This document shows positions 1 to 9,140 of a DNA stretch of 27,673 bases, one piece after another. Source of the stretch: a virus. Taxonomy: Duplodnaviria; Caudoviricetes. The notes beneath the pieces were generated by a model. That model was not told where the DNA came from and ran no database searches. It was given only the letters and a program-made list of their open reading frames with translations. A program made the translations under genes and the position numbers. Position 1 is the first letter of the stretch, and each line of letters begins with the position of its first letter. The DNA is taken from positions 1 to 27,673 of the IMG/VR virus record IMGVR_UViG_3300030372_003675. One strand, 5' to 3'.

Positions 1-101
1 AAGAATGAGCATACCCATCGACTTGAGGTTTTGCCCCAACAGTTAAAGTTTTTGCGTTCTACCGCTCGGGAAGTGTTATACAGTGGAGCCTTCGGAGCCG
101 G
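1..101. repeat. Terminal direct repeat copy 1 (circular assembly overlap)
   Basis: 1-101 matches 27573-27673; the first 98 nt are identical, with one mismatch at position 99 (C vs G). Confidence 0.97.
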
Positions 102-1305
102 AAAAACGAGAGCGATTTGTTTGCGAGTAGCAATGCGGGCTTCGATAGCGGGAGCACGTGAGGGGCTATGTCGAAAGACAGTGGTCGCTCTTAAAAGATC
201 AACACTGAAAACACTACTTGAACCCGATGGACTACTTCCGCCAATACTTCCCAGAGGTTCTTATGACTACAAAAAAATAGATGGGGAAATCAAAATACAC
301 GGTGGGGGCTCGATTATGTTGTTTGGTTTGGAAGATGCAGGAAGAATTGCATCAATGAACTTGAGCGGGGTAGCAATTGACGAATGCGTTGAATTAAACG
401 AAAAAGACTACACCATGCTGAGGGGTCGTATTCGGCTTTCGCTTCCAAACTTGGCAAACCAAATATACGGAGCATGCAACCCTTCAACGCCGCAACATTT
501 CCTAGCCAAGCGTTTTGGATTAGCGGGCGGGGCAACTTGCCAGCCAAATTGCGAAGCCATCACTACAACAAGCCGTGACAATTGGTTTTTGCCGATGGAT
601 TATGTCGAAGACTTGGAAACGATGACCGGTGTTGCTCGCAAACGGTACGTCGAAGGCATTTGGTGTGGCTCTGAAGGTTTGGTCTATGATCAATGGGATG
701 AGGATGTCTTTGTTGTTGAAGAAGTGCCCGAGCAATTTGACCGCCTAATAGTGGGAATGGATATGGGCTACAACAACCCTGCCGTTCTTTTGCTTATCGG
801 AATCAAAGACGACCGCCTCTTTATTGTCGATGAATGGTACGAAAGACAAAAACTAGAACAAGAAATAGTCGAAACAGCACTACGCTGGAAAGAATTGCAC
901 CCCGAAATCGACTGTTTTGTTATTGATCCAAGTGCCGCTGGTCTTCGAGCATCGATGCGAAATGTTGGGCTTGATGCTGTTCCGGCAAAAAATGCTGTAT
1001 TTTCAGGCATTCAGACAGTTGCTCAAAGACTACGCAAAAACAAAGTGGGCGACCCTATGCTTGTTGTCCATCGGAAGTGTTCGAATTTGATTCGAGAATT
1101 TGGTAGTTATGAATGGATGAGCAACCAAGATGGCTCCATGAAAGACCAGCCAAAGAAGGAACACGATCATGCACTAGACGCAATACGCTATGCTATAACA
1201 AATATTGACGGATTAAAAACAAGCCCATCGATTAGAATGATCGACAGAATAGACAATACCCAAACCAACCCACTTTATAACGAAGACATGTGGACGGAGA
1301 TTTGA
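1..1305 (+). CDS. terL: Terminase large subunit (true start is ATG 27561, across the circular junction)
   Basis: Walker A GAFGAGKT, Walker B VAIDE, NP coupling motif (ACNP), RNase H-like nuclease motifs GMDMG and DHALDAIRYA. Frame 1 is open from nt 1 and continues MTENKNEHTHRLEVLPQQ from 27561. Confidence 0.95.
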   Translation, partial: KNEHTHRLEVLPQQLKFLRSTAREVLYSGAFGAGKTRAICLRVAMRASIAGAREGLCRKTVVALKRSTLKTLLEPDGLLPPILPRGSYDYKKIDGEIKIHGGGSIMLFGLEDAGRIASMNLSGVAIDECVELNEKDYTMLRGRIRLSLPNLANQIYGACNPSTPQHFLAKRFGLAGGATCQPNCEAITTTSRDNWFLPMDYVEDLETMTGVARKRYVEGIWCGSEGLVYDQWDEDVFVVEEVPEQFDRLIVGMDMGYNNPAVLLLIGIKDDRLFIVDEWYERQKLEQEIVETALRWKELHPEIDCFVIDPSAAGLRASMRNVGLDAVPAKNAVFSGIQTVAQRLRKNKVGDPMLVVHRKCSNLIREFGSYEWMSNQDGSMKDQPKKEHDHALDAIRYAITNIDGLKTSPSIRMIDRIDNTQTNPLYNEDMWTEI

Positions 1306-1309
1306 AGCA

Positions 1310-3907
1310 ATGCCAATAAACTTCCTGAACAAGAAAGACAAAGAAGGAAAGAATGAAAAAGCAACTGACCGGCTTGCTTATATGAACGCAAGCGTACCTG
1401 CTTGGCAAACGGCACAAATGTCAACAAGAAAAACTCGAAGTTTTTCAGGTTTGATGGATCGCTTCAACGGATGGGTCTATGCTTCGGCACAAATTATCGC
1501 CCGCTCTTGTTCCGCTCAAACTATAAAACTCTACTCAAGAAGACCAACAAACGGAGCAAAAGCCTTACACCCGACCGGCTCTGTTCATTCTATGAAATCC
1601 GCTTTTTTGCGTGGACAACTTGAGGCAAAGCCGTCAACCTACGTTCAAAGAAAAGCAATGGCAATGCAGGGGGATATGGTCGAGGTATTTGACCACCCTA
1701 TTCTTACATTGCTTGACAATCCATCGCCCGAAATGGACGGCTATACGCTTGCCATTCAGAGGTTTTTAAATCTTCAATTAACCGGCAACGCTTATCTTCA
1801 CCCTATTATTTCGGAAACGCTCGGCGTTCCGGTTGAATTGTGGAACATGCAAAGCGACATGGTTTCTATTATCCCCGACGGTCAGTTGGATTTGGTTGAT
1901 CATTACGACTACGGAAGGCTTCCAAATATCGTCCATTTCAGAAAAGATGAGGTTTTGCACGAAAAGCAACCAAACCCAAGCGACCCGTTTTATGGTCGAG
2001 GATGGGTTTCCGCTTGTCTTGACGCTATCGACTTGTTGGCAAGCATGGACAATTACGAGCAAAACGTTCTGGACAACCAAGCCCGACCGGATTGGGCTGT
2101 TATGGTGAAGGAGCATTTGACCGACTCGCAATATCAGCGGCTCATGCAACAGATCGAAAAACAACTAGGCGGAAAAAACAACAGAAGTCGACCATTTATC
2201 TTCGAAGGGGGAATCGATGGAAAGCCCATGTCGTTTTCACCGCAAGATTTGGCGTTTGCATCGGGCGAAGAACGCAAAGTGGAAGTGATCGCCGCAATAT
2301 CCGGTGTTCCGGTATCAATGCTCAAAGCAAATGACCCAAACCTAGCAAGTGCTCGAGAGGGTTCGCTTGGATTTTTAAGAAACACCGTTCGACCGTATTT
2401 GGTATTGGATGAACAATTCCTTAACCGGCAATTGTTGCCTTTGTTTGGTCAATATGCCGACGACTTGTTCCTATGTTATGACGACCCCGTAGCCATCGAC
2501 AAACAGATGCAAGCAACCCTTGACGCAAGCGATGCTGCGGCGGGTATTCGAACACGGAATGAGATTAGACTCGAGAGGGGTCTTGAGCCCGTAGTTGGTG
2601 GAGATGAGTTACTGGTTCCGGCGGGTTCGGTTCCTATTGATGTTGCAATTGAGCAAGCAAGAAACCCAGCACCGATGTTTGGAGCGTTTTCGGCTTCAAA
2701 TGAAGAAACCAAAGCACCAAAGCAATGCCCAGAAGGTTCGCATTATATGCCACCCGATGAAGACCACCCAGAGGGGTGGTGTATGGAAGGCGAAACACAC
2801 TCAACCTACTCAATGGAAAAAGCGAGCGATTGTGTTTCTTCAAAAATTAGCACACTACTAGCCGAAGGTTATCCGCAAGACCAAGCCGTCGCAATTGCTT
2901 ACTCAATGTGTGGTAAATCACAACCCAAAGACGAAGAAGCAAACAGCGAAAAAACCGCTAAAGATTGTGATTGTTGTCGATCCTCAAAAAAAAACATAAC
3001 GGGTAGAATTTCAGCCAAGTATTTATACGAAAAAGACCGCTCGCTTTTGGGAATCAAACAAGCACCGGTCGATACAGGGAACAGTGCTTGGGAAGGAATG
3101 ATGAAAGACAACGCTCCTGCGATGGATGCTTTCCGCTCTGAGTTGGAGAGAATTTTTCGGAATCAGGTTACAAACTTTGTCGACTCAGGAATGACCGACT
3201 TGGCTCTTTACAATGACCATGCAATATCAGAACTCGAAACAGCGTCCGCCGCTTTTGTTCGAGAAATCATGGGTCGTTCCGGTCAGGCTGAATTAGACCG
3301 AATAGCCCCTGAAGGCACCGATCTAAAATTTGACTTTTTAAACCCAGAAATTGACAACGCTCTTCAGCGATATACCAGCCAATTGAAAGACACCCTGAAA
3401 AACGGAACAGAACGTGATGTCCAAAGCCGCATAGACACCGGCATCCGCAACGGTTTGTCAACTGAAGAAATTGCTGAGAGTCTATTTGATACATTACGCA
3501 AAGACCCAAAGACCGGCGAGTCTTCTGTTTATGCAAGAGCGGAAATGATCGCAAGAACAGAAGTCGCTCTCATACATGAAGAGGCTAGGTTTGAAGCGTG
3601 GAAAGCATCGGGGGTTGTCAAATATAAACAATGGCAACTGTCGGCTGGTGCTTGCGAAAGTTGTATAGCGGCTTCGAAACTTTACGGCGGAGAGCCAATA
3701 CCACTCCTACAACCGTTTGCCGGTTATGGCGACCCCGTAGGAAAAATTAGCGTTTGGACACCGACCGGCGGTGGGTTAATGCATGCACCATTGCACCCCA
3801 ATTGCCGATGCGGAACAATTGAAATCTTCGGCGATGAAACCGAACTAGAAATGGAATATTTAAAAGAAGCCCAACAACAAGCAACTGCAAATAGGGAAAG
3901 TTTATGA
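1310..3907 (+). CDS. HK97-family portal protein fused to a C-terminal Mu gpF/SPP1 gp7-like head morphogenesis domain
   Basis: Portal motifs in the N-terminal ~450 aa (HPILTLLDNP, LTGNAY, EVLHEK..NP.DPFYGRG, IAAISGVP, TRNEIR...GLEPV.GGDELL). C-terminal RAEMIARTE, KQW....AC..C and PLHPNCRC are typical of gpF-like proteins. Confidence 0.9.
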   Translation: MPINFLNKKDKEGKNEKATDRLAYMNASVPAWQTAQMSTRKTRSFSGLMDRFNGWVYASAQIIARSCSAQTIKLYSRRPTNGAKALHPTGSVHSMKSAFLRGQLEAKPSTYVQRKAMAMQGDMVEVFDHPILTLLDNPSPEMDGYTLAIQRFLNLQLTGNAYLHPIISETLGVPVELWNMQSDMVSIIPDGQLDLVDHYDYGRLPNIVHFRKDEVLHEKQPNPSDPFYGRGWVSACLDAIDLLASMDNYEQNVLDNQARPDWAVMVKEHLTDSQYQRLMQQIEKQLGGKNNRSRPFIFEGGIDGKPMSFSPQDLAFASGEERKVEVIAAISGVPVSMLKANDPNLASAREGSLGFLRNTVRPYLVLDEQFLNRQLLPLFGQYADDLFLCYDDPVAIDKQMQATLDASDAAAGIRTRNEIRLERGLEPVVGGDELLVPAGSVPIDVAIEQARNPAPMFGAFSASNEETKAPKQCPEGSHYMPPDEDHPEGWCMEGETHSTYSMEKASDCVSSKISTLLAEGYPQDQAVAIAYSMCGKSQPKDEEANSEKTAKDCDCCRSSKKNITGRISAKYLYEKDRSLLGIKQAPVDTGNSAWEGMMKDNAPAMDAFRSELERIFRNQVTNFVDSGMTDLALYNDHAISELETASAAFVREIMGRSGQAELDRIAPEGTDLKFDFLNPEIDNALQRYTSQLKDTLKNGTERDVQSRIDTGIRNGLSTEEIAESLFDTLRKDPKTGESSVYARAEMIARTEVALIHEEARFEAWKASGVVKYKQWQLSAGACESCIAASKLYGGEPIPLLQPFAGYGDPVGKISVWTPTGGGLMHAPLHPNCRCGTIEIFGDETELEMEYLKEAQQQATANRESL

Positions 3908-4617
3908 ACAAGCAAACAACAGCAAAAAAAGACTACACATCAAACATCCAAGCGGACATACCAAGCCGAACAGTTTTGAGCATAATCTCAACATCAACAG
4001 TCGATGAAGAGGGTGAAGTGATCCTGCCTCGAGGCGTTCAAACTAATAGATTCGAAAAAAGCCCCGTAGTTTTCTGGAACCATGACTACGCCGACCCCGT
4101 AGGAACCGCCGAGTATGTCAAGATAAACGACGACAATATCATGGCTTCGACATACTTTCCACCAAGACCCGAAGGACATGAAGGAGAATGGCGACCCGAT
4201 GCTGTTCTTGCTTTGATCTCAGCAGGACTTTGCAAGGGTGTTTCTATTGGCTTTTCATATATCGAAACAAGAGAGCCAACACAAAAAGACCGCAAGCAAT
4301 TCAAAACAACAGGCAATGAACTACGCCGAGTTGTTAGCAAATCCCGCTTGCTTGAATACTCATTTGCTCCACTTCCGATGAACGAGGACGCTTTGGTTGT
4401 TGCTGTTCAGCGTGGATTTGTAAACAAAGACGGAACCATAAACGAAAAAGCCGTGAAAAATTGCAGATTAGAAAACGGCGGACTCTTAAAATTAGAACAA
4501 GAAGAAGACCGGAGAATCATTCTGCCAAAGTCTAATAATTCGCTCAGGATCAAAACAATAGACCCTGAAAAAATGACTCGGCTAGAAATTCAACGCTTGC
4601 AGGGTCGAGTTTATTGA
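3904..4617 (+). CDS. HK97-family prohead (maturation) protease
   Basis: VDEEGEVI, VFWNHD...PVG, GVSIGF and LLEYSFAPLPMN motifs; lies between portal and capsid; ATGA overlap with the portal stop. Confidence 0.9.
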   Translation: MNKQTTAKKDYTSNIQADIPSRTVLSIISTSTVDEEGEVILPRGVQTNRFEKSPVVFWNHDYADPVGTAEYVKINDDNIMASTYFPPRPEGHEGEWRPDAVLALISAGLCKGVSIGFSYIETREPTQKDRKQFKTTGNELRRVVSKSRLLEYSFAPLPMNEDALVVAVQRGFVNKDGTINEKAVKNCRLENGGLLKLEQEEDRRIILPKSNNSLRIKTIDPEKMTRLEIQRLQGRVY

Positions 4618-4624
4618 CTCTATT

Positions 4625-4633
4625 TGATATTAT
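4625..4633 (+). promoter_or_regulatory. Putative extended -10 promoter for the capsid gene (TG-A-TATTAT)
   Basis: TGnTATTAT in the protease-capsid intergenic region; same TGATA core as the elements at 8715, 21790 and 22217. Confidence 0.45.
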
Positions 4634-4660
4634 GTATTTGTAGTTTGTCGCAATGATCGA

Positions 4661-4713
4661 AATGAGCCGAAGCGAAAGCGGGTCGGAGATGAAATCGGAG
4701 CAAGGCATTTTTT
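4661..4713 (+). ncRNA. Putative structured 5' leader of the capsid mRNA
   Basis: Purine-rich island closed by AAT(GA)GCC/GGCATT, with an inner GC-GAAA-GC GNRA loop, a GAT-GAA-ATC hairpin, two TCGGAG copies and a following T6. Confidence 0.35.
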
Positions 4714-4744
4714 ATTAACCCCCTAATTTTTGGAATATAAACCC

Positions 4745-6130
4745 ATGAATAAGAAACAACTCTTAAATGCGATTCGCAATTTGTCAAATGACCAATGCGA
4801 TCAATTGGGCGTTTCATCACCATTTAAAGGTCAAGGTAACCTAAAAGCCGTAAACGCATGGCTTGGCGACGCTACACTTTTAGATGCCGACGGAAACGCA
4901 CTCCCACTCGAAGCGATTTTCGAAGACGGCGACCCAGCAGAAGTATCACTACACGCTGGCATGCCAATGGATTCAGAAGTCGAGGAACTAACAGAAGAAG
5001 CAGCAGAAATTGTTGCTGACGAAGAAGTCGTCCAAGCGATGGTTGCTCGATCAGTACGCAATGAACTAGCAGGAAGAAAGCAACTAGCACTTCCAAGAAC
5101 TTCTGGCGTTTCTGTTACTTCAAATGCTAAAAAATCCCGTCACTTTAACAGTGCTGAAGCACAACACATCAGTGGTCAATGGATTGGTGCAAAACTTCTT
5201 AAACGACCCGAGTCAATTAAGTGGTGGAACAACAACGCTCCTTCAGGATTAAAGGCTCAAAGCGAAGGCACAAATAGTGCCGGTGGCTTCCTAGTGCCAG
5301 ATCCACTTGAGGCAGCCATCATTGATGTCAGAAGTGAATACGGAGTCGCCAGACGTGTCTGTCAAAATTTTCCTATGACAAGCGATACGCTTAACGTTCC
5401 TAAATTGACAAGCGGCTCAACAGTTTACTACCCAGCCGAAAATGCTGCAATTACAGAATCTTCTGCAGTTTGGGCAAACGTTGGACTGACTGCCACCCGT
5501 CGAGCATGTCTAATGAAATGGTCGAATCAGTTGGGTGCCGATGCTTTATTCTCGCTCGCAGATGTTTTAGCCGATTACATCGGACGGGCTCTGGGGATCC
5601 GTGAAGATACTGAATTCATTCAGGGTGATGGAACCGCAGCATTTGGTTCAGTTACAGGTCTTAAAAATAAGGCTCACTCATTTGTTACAGGTTCAGGCGA
5701 CACTTGGGCAGAACTAACTCTTGCTGACTTGGTAAGTACAGCAGGACTTCTTGACGACAAGTATCACGCAGGTGCTTCTTGGATTATGTCTCGACAATTT
5801 TACACTCAAGTTGTTCTTCGAGTCGTTGCGGCAGCAGGTGGTAACACTATTGACTCGCTAGGCGTAGGTACAACCGGTGCTCAATTCTTGGGTTATCCAG
5901 TAAACTTCAGTGATCAATGCCCAACTGCGACTGCGGTTGACATTGATACTGCATACTTTGGAAACTGGCAAGACGCTTGTGCACTCGGCGACCGATCAGG
6001 CATTGAAATTGCAACTTCAGAGCACGTAAACTTTGCTGAAGATCAAATCAATATTCGAGGAACTTCTCGGTATGATATTCAAGTCCACGACGGTAGCGGA
6101 TTCGTTGCTCTTGCAACTGCGGCTTCCTAA
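4745..6130 (+). CDS. Major capsid protein, HK97 fold, with N-terminal scaffold/delta-like region
   Basis: EGTNSAGGFLVP, AENAAITES, EDTEFIQGDG, FLGYPV and YFGNW motifs; acidic N-terminal ~110 aa. ATG 4745 preferred over TTG 4730. Confidence 0.93.
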   Translation: MNKKQLLNAIRNLSNDQCDQLGVSSPFKGQGNLKAVNAWLGDATLLDADGNALPLEAIFEDGDPAEVSLHAGMPMDSEVEELTEEAAEIVADEEVVQAMVARSVRNELAGRKQLALPRTSGVSVTSNAKKSRHFNSAEAQHISGQWIGAKLLKRPESIKWWNNNAPSGLKAQSEGTNSAGGFLVPDPLEAAIIDVRSEYGVARRVCQNFPMTSDTLNVPKLTSGSTVYYPAENAAITESSAVWANVGLTATRRACLMKWSNQLGADALFSLADVLADYIGRALGIREDTEFIQGDGTAAFGSVTGLKNKAHSFVTGSGDTWAELTLADLVSTAGLLDDKYHAGASWIMSRQFYTQVVLRVVAAAGGNTIDSLGVGTTGAQFLGYPVNFSDQCPTATAVDIDTAYFGNWQDACALGDRSGIEIATSEHVNFAEDQINIRGTSRYDIQVHDGSGFVALATAAS

Positions 6131-6153
6131 TAGTTGGATAGTTTGGTAAATAA

Positions 6154-6182
6154 AGGGTGGGCTTGCTAGTCAAGTCCACCCT
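6154..6182. terminator. Stem-loop after the capsid gene (stabilising hairpin or minus-strand terminator)
   Basis: AGGGTGGGCTTG-CTAGT-CAAGTCCACCCT, 12-bp stem with one G.U pair. No T-tract on +; TTTATTT follows on the minus strand. Confidence 0.6.
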
Positions 6183-6207
6183 AAACCAAAACAAAGAAGG
6201 AAAGTAA

Positions 6208-7086
6208 ATGGCAAACTCATCAACTGCGATAACTTCACTGCAAGCCGTCAAAAGATACTTGCGACTGACAACTTCGGATGACGACCGCCTACTTTCAGAA
6301 TTGATAGACGTTGCAACAGATAAAATCGAGCACTTTTGCCAGCGTTCTTTTGTAACAACAAACCATAAACAATTTATCGATGGATCGGGAACAGGTACGC
6401 TTTCCATTCCTAATTATCCGGTAACAAGAATAACAAGAATAGGCTGGGATAGAGAAAACGCAATCTCAATAACAGCAACAACTGCCTCAGATTTGCGGGC
6501 AACAGTGGAAGTCCAAGACAACCAAATCGTCTTAAAGCGTTGGGATTCTACCGGAACAGAAACAGAAACAAGCCTTGCTTTTGCGACATATAAAACAACC
6601 GCAACAATGGCAACTCAGATAACCGCCACGACCGGTTTTTCAGCAACAGCCGACGCTACTGTTCTTTGCGATGAACTTATGAGGCAAGGCGGGCAAGATG
6701 CTCTGGCAAACTCAGCCCAACTTTACTACATGAAAGCAACCGACGCTGATTATAGGGTCGACGAAGAAACCGGAGAAATTAGCCTACTTTCGGCTCAATC
6801 GGAAACTCAATGGTACCCATTTGACCCGAATGCTTTGGTATTTCCAAGAGGCAACAAAAACATATTTGTAGACTACACGGCTGGCTATGAGCAATTCACT
6901 GGCATTCCCCAAGCCTTGCAAGAAGTGGCATGGCAACTCGTGGCTAATGCTTACCACTCGGGGAAACATGACCCTGCGGTAGCGAGCGAAAGTTTGGACG
7001 GCTATTCATACTCGACTCGGGGAGCAATTGAACTGCGTGACGATCATATGCGGATTATGTACCCTTACAGGAGAAACGCTGAATGA
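6208..7086 (+). CDS. Head-tail connector (gp6/gp15-like) with a central insertion
   Basis: SLQAVKRYLRL...DDDRLLSELIDVATDKIEHFCQRSF, IPNYPV and VDYTAGY...P.ALQ motifs; position right after the capsid gene. Confidence 0.8.
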   Translation: MANSSTAITSLQAVKRYLRLTTSDDDRLLSELIDVATDKIEHFCQRSFVTTNHKQFIDGSGTGTLSIPNYPVTRITRIGWDRENAISITATTASDLRATVEVQDNQIVLKRWDSTGTETETSLAFATYKTTATMATQITATTGFSATADATVLCDELMRQGGQDALANSAQLYYMKATDADYRVDEETGEISLLSAQSETQWYPFDPNALVFPRGNKNIFVDYTAGYEQFTGIPQALQEVAWQLVANAYHSGKHDPAVASESLDGYSYSTRGAIELRDDHMRIMYPYRRNAE

Positions 7087-7448
7087 GCCTGAGAGGAATG
7101 ATTCAATCTTTGGGCGTAGTTTGCGATATCCATTCGGAAACGACCACAAAAGACGCTGGGGGCTTCCCTATTAGAACCTACACGCTTTCTAAGTCGGGTG
7201 TTCAGGTTGCTATCTTTCCTTCATCGGCGGATGAAACGGTAGAGGGTGGAAGACCACGAGGTCAAATTTTTGCTAGGGGCTATCTTTTGCCAACAGTTGA
7301 AATAAGCCATAAAGACCGCATAGTATTTAAAGACACCGACACCGGAACCACTCGGACATTTGAAGTAACCGGCTCCCGTCGATCCCTTATGTTGCACCAA
7401 GACAACCACATGCAAAAAAGGATAGTCGACTTGGTGGAGGTCGAGTAA
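7083..7448 (+). CDS. Head-closure / head-tail adaptor (SPP1 gp16-like)
   Basis: 121 aa, beta-rich; KDAGG near the N-terminus and KDRIVF...TFEV pattern; synteny. Confidence 0.7.
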   Translation: MSLRGMIQSLGVVCDIHSETTTKDAGGFPIRTYTLSKSGVQVAIFPSSADETVEGGRPRGQIFARGYLLPTVEISHKDRIVFKDTDTGTTRTFEVTGSRRSLMLHQDNHMQKRIVDLVEVE

Positions 7449-7879
7449 TGGACATCGACATCAAAACAACCGTAGACTTGGAAACCGCAAAGTTTCAAGC
7501 GGCGTTTTTTAATGCTCTTGAGAATAATCTTTTGAAATCAGGGGCAATTCTTCGAAGAAACTTGTCAACTGTTCTTAGATCAACAGGAAAATCACCACCG
7601 GCTTCGCCAAAAGGCTCTAAAATTCCATACAACAGGACAGGCACTTTGGCTCGCAGTTGGTTTGCCGAGCCTAATATCAAACGTCGTGGAGGTGTTTTAA
7701 TTACGGTCGTTTCTTCAAATGTACGATATGCCGCAACACTTGTCAAAAGAACCGATAGCGGTCGGCGAAACTACATGGACGGTCGATTGTCTTGGCGAAG
7801 AAAAACGAATAAAATGATAATCTCAAGACTTGACGCAAAACGGTTAGTGCGTGAAGCGGTCAGGAGTTTTAAGAAATGA
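7448..7879 (+). CDS. Neck/tail-completion protein (HK97 gp10-like)
   Basis: Basic 143 aa with P.NRTGTLARS and NVRYA motifs; synteny. Confidence 0.65.
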   Translation: MDIDIKTTVDLETAKFQAAFFNALENNLLKSGAILRRNLSTVLRSTGKSPPASPKGSKIPYNRTGTLARSWFAEPNIKRRGGVLITVVSSNVRYAATLVKRTDSGRRNYMDGRLSWRRKTNKMIISRLDAKRLVREAVRSFKK

Positions 7880-8289
7880 GTCAAGCAGTAAAAACAGCGT
7901 TATATACAAAACTAACAACCGACCAAAGTGCTGGCTCGCTTTACACGGCGGTCGGTGGTCGTATCTTTGAATTGCAGGGAAGCGACGACGAAGCATTGCC
8001 GCTACTAACATACGAAGTAACAAGCACTCCGGTCGCCGGTCTTTACAATGGAACAGTCATAGAAAAATCGCAAGTGATCCTCACCATATATGGGCACCGC
8101 CGTTTGGGTTCCGCCGCTATTGGAGATATTGAGGCAAAGTTGTTTACATTGCTCAACCAAACAACCCTTGCCCCGACTGGCTATGATAATAATACTGTCG
8201 TGATTTGCTTGGATCGGGATAGGCGAACGGTATTTGACCAAATCATAGCAAGCGAAAGCGTTTATTCAATTGAAGCAACAACAACTTAA
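7876..8289 (+). CDS. Tail terminator (gp17/DUF3168-like)
   Basis: ALYTKL...LYTAVGGRIF......LPLLTY pattern; directly precedes the tail tube gene. Confidence 0.7.
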   Translation: MSQAVKTALYTKLTTDQSAGSLYTAVGGRIFELQGSDDEALPLLTYEVTSTPVAGLYNGTVIEKSQVILTIYGHRRLGSAAIGDIEAKLFTLLNQTTLAPTGYDNNTVVICLDRDRRTVFDQIIASESVYSIEATTT

Positions 8290-8304
8290 AAAGGAAAAAC
8301 CAAA

Positions 8305-8694
8305 ATGGCAAGAATAGTAGGAAACGAAGGTGCAGTTGCATTTGGAGTACATAATCTCACCGCTAACGCATGGTCAATGACAATCAGCAGGGTTGTCAAT
8401 GACGTGACTGCATTTGGTGATGCATCGACAAATGTGAGAGGCGGTGTACCAACTTTCACAGGAAGCGTTTCGGGTTTTATGGATGATTCATCGGCACCAA
8501 ATTTGGGCAACGCTTCAACAGATTATTGGGAAACAGGCGACACAGTGGCATTGACTTTGACTGCCCAAGCAGGAAATACTTGGAATGGAACGGCTGTTAT
8601 ATCAGGCGTTTCTGTTTCTTCTTCAAAAACAGGCGACGCAACAATTTCTTTTGACTTTACTTTCACCGGTAATGTTACCGAAACTTGGGGATAA
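8305..8694 (+). CDS. Major tail tube protein (compact, 129 aa)
   Basis: G.EG N-terminus, WSMTI...DVTAFGD, FTGSVSG, WNGTAVISGVSV and ISFDFTFTG: siphovirus tube pattern; AAGGA RBS. Confidence 0.8.
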   Translation: MARIVGNEGAVAFGVHNLTANAWSMTISRVVNDVTAFGDASTNVRGGVPTFTGSVSGFMDDSSAPNLGNASTDYWETGDTVALTLTAQAGNTWNGTAVISGVSVSSSKTGDATISFDFTFTGNVTETWG

Positions 8695-8714
8695 TCCCAT
8701 GACTTTCGGTTTTG

Positions 8715-8729
8715 TGATATGCTTACAGC
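8715..8729 (+). promoter_or_regulatory. Extended -10 promoter, predicted leaderless start at ATG 8730
   Basis: TG-A-TATGCT-TACAGC-ATG, no SD; near-identical to 22217-22234. Confidence 0.6.
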
Positions 8730-9140
8730 ATGAAACATCAACGAATTGAAGTACCGGTTGCCGGTGGAACTGCATGGCTTTCTAGGTTATCGCCTAGACA
8801 AATGATTTGCATCGGCGACCGGTTATGGTCAAACCAAAGAAAACAACTCATAAAAGACTTGAAAGAAGCGGAGATAGAATCCGCTGAAAGAATCCAAGCC
8901 TTGCGGGATCACGAAAGACGGCATGGTCTTATGTCGGAAATCATAACCTACGCAATAACAAGTCATGGGTCGCTTGAAATTATCAAAGAAGCCGCAAGCA
9001 ATGAACACTCCGAAAACGGCGAAGGGTTGCCAGACAATTTCGAAGGAACAACAGAGGATGCCATGCGAATTGCTCTGGAACTTGTTGGTGCTGAATTGAG
9101 CACTGATTCTGAGGAAAATCAGCCAAAAAAAAAGAAATAG
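8730..9140 (+). CDS. Tail assembly chaperone (lambda gpG-like)
   Basis: Between tail tube and tape measure genes; ends in a slippery A AAA AAG heptamer (9128-9134) just before TAG. Confidence 0.75.
   Translation: MKHQRIEVPVAGGTAWLSRLSPRQMICIGDRLWSNQRKQLIKDLKEAEIESAERIQALRDHERRHGLMSEIITYAITSHGSLEIIKEAASNEHSENGEGLPDNFEGTTEDAMRIALELVGAELSTDSEENQPKKKK

Noticed and set aside
5-46. ATG at position 5 as the terL start
   Set aside because: It is out of frame with terL and stops after 13 codons; the in-frame ATG is 27561.
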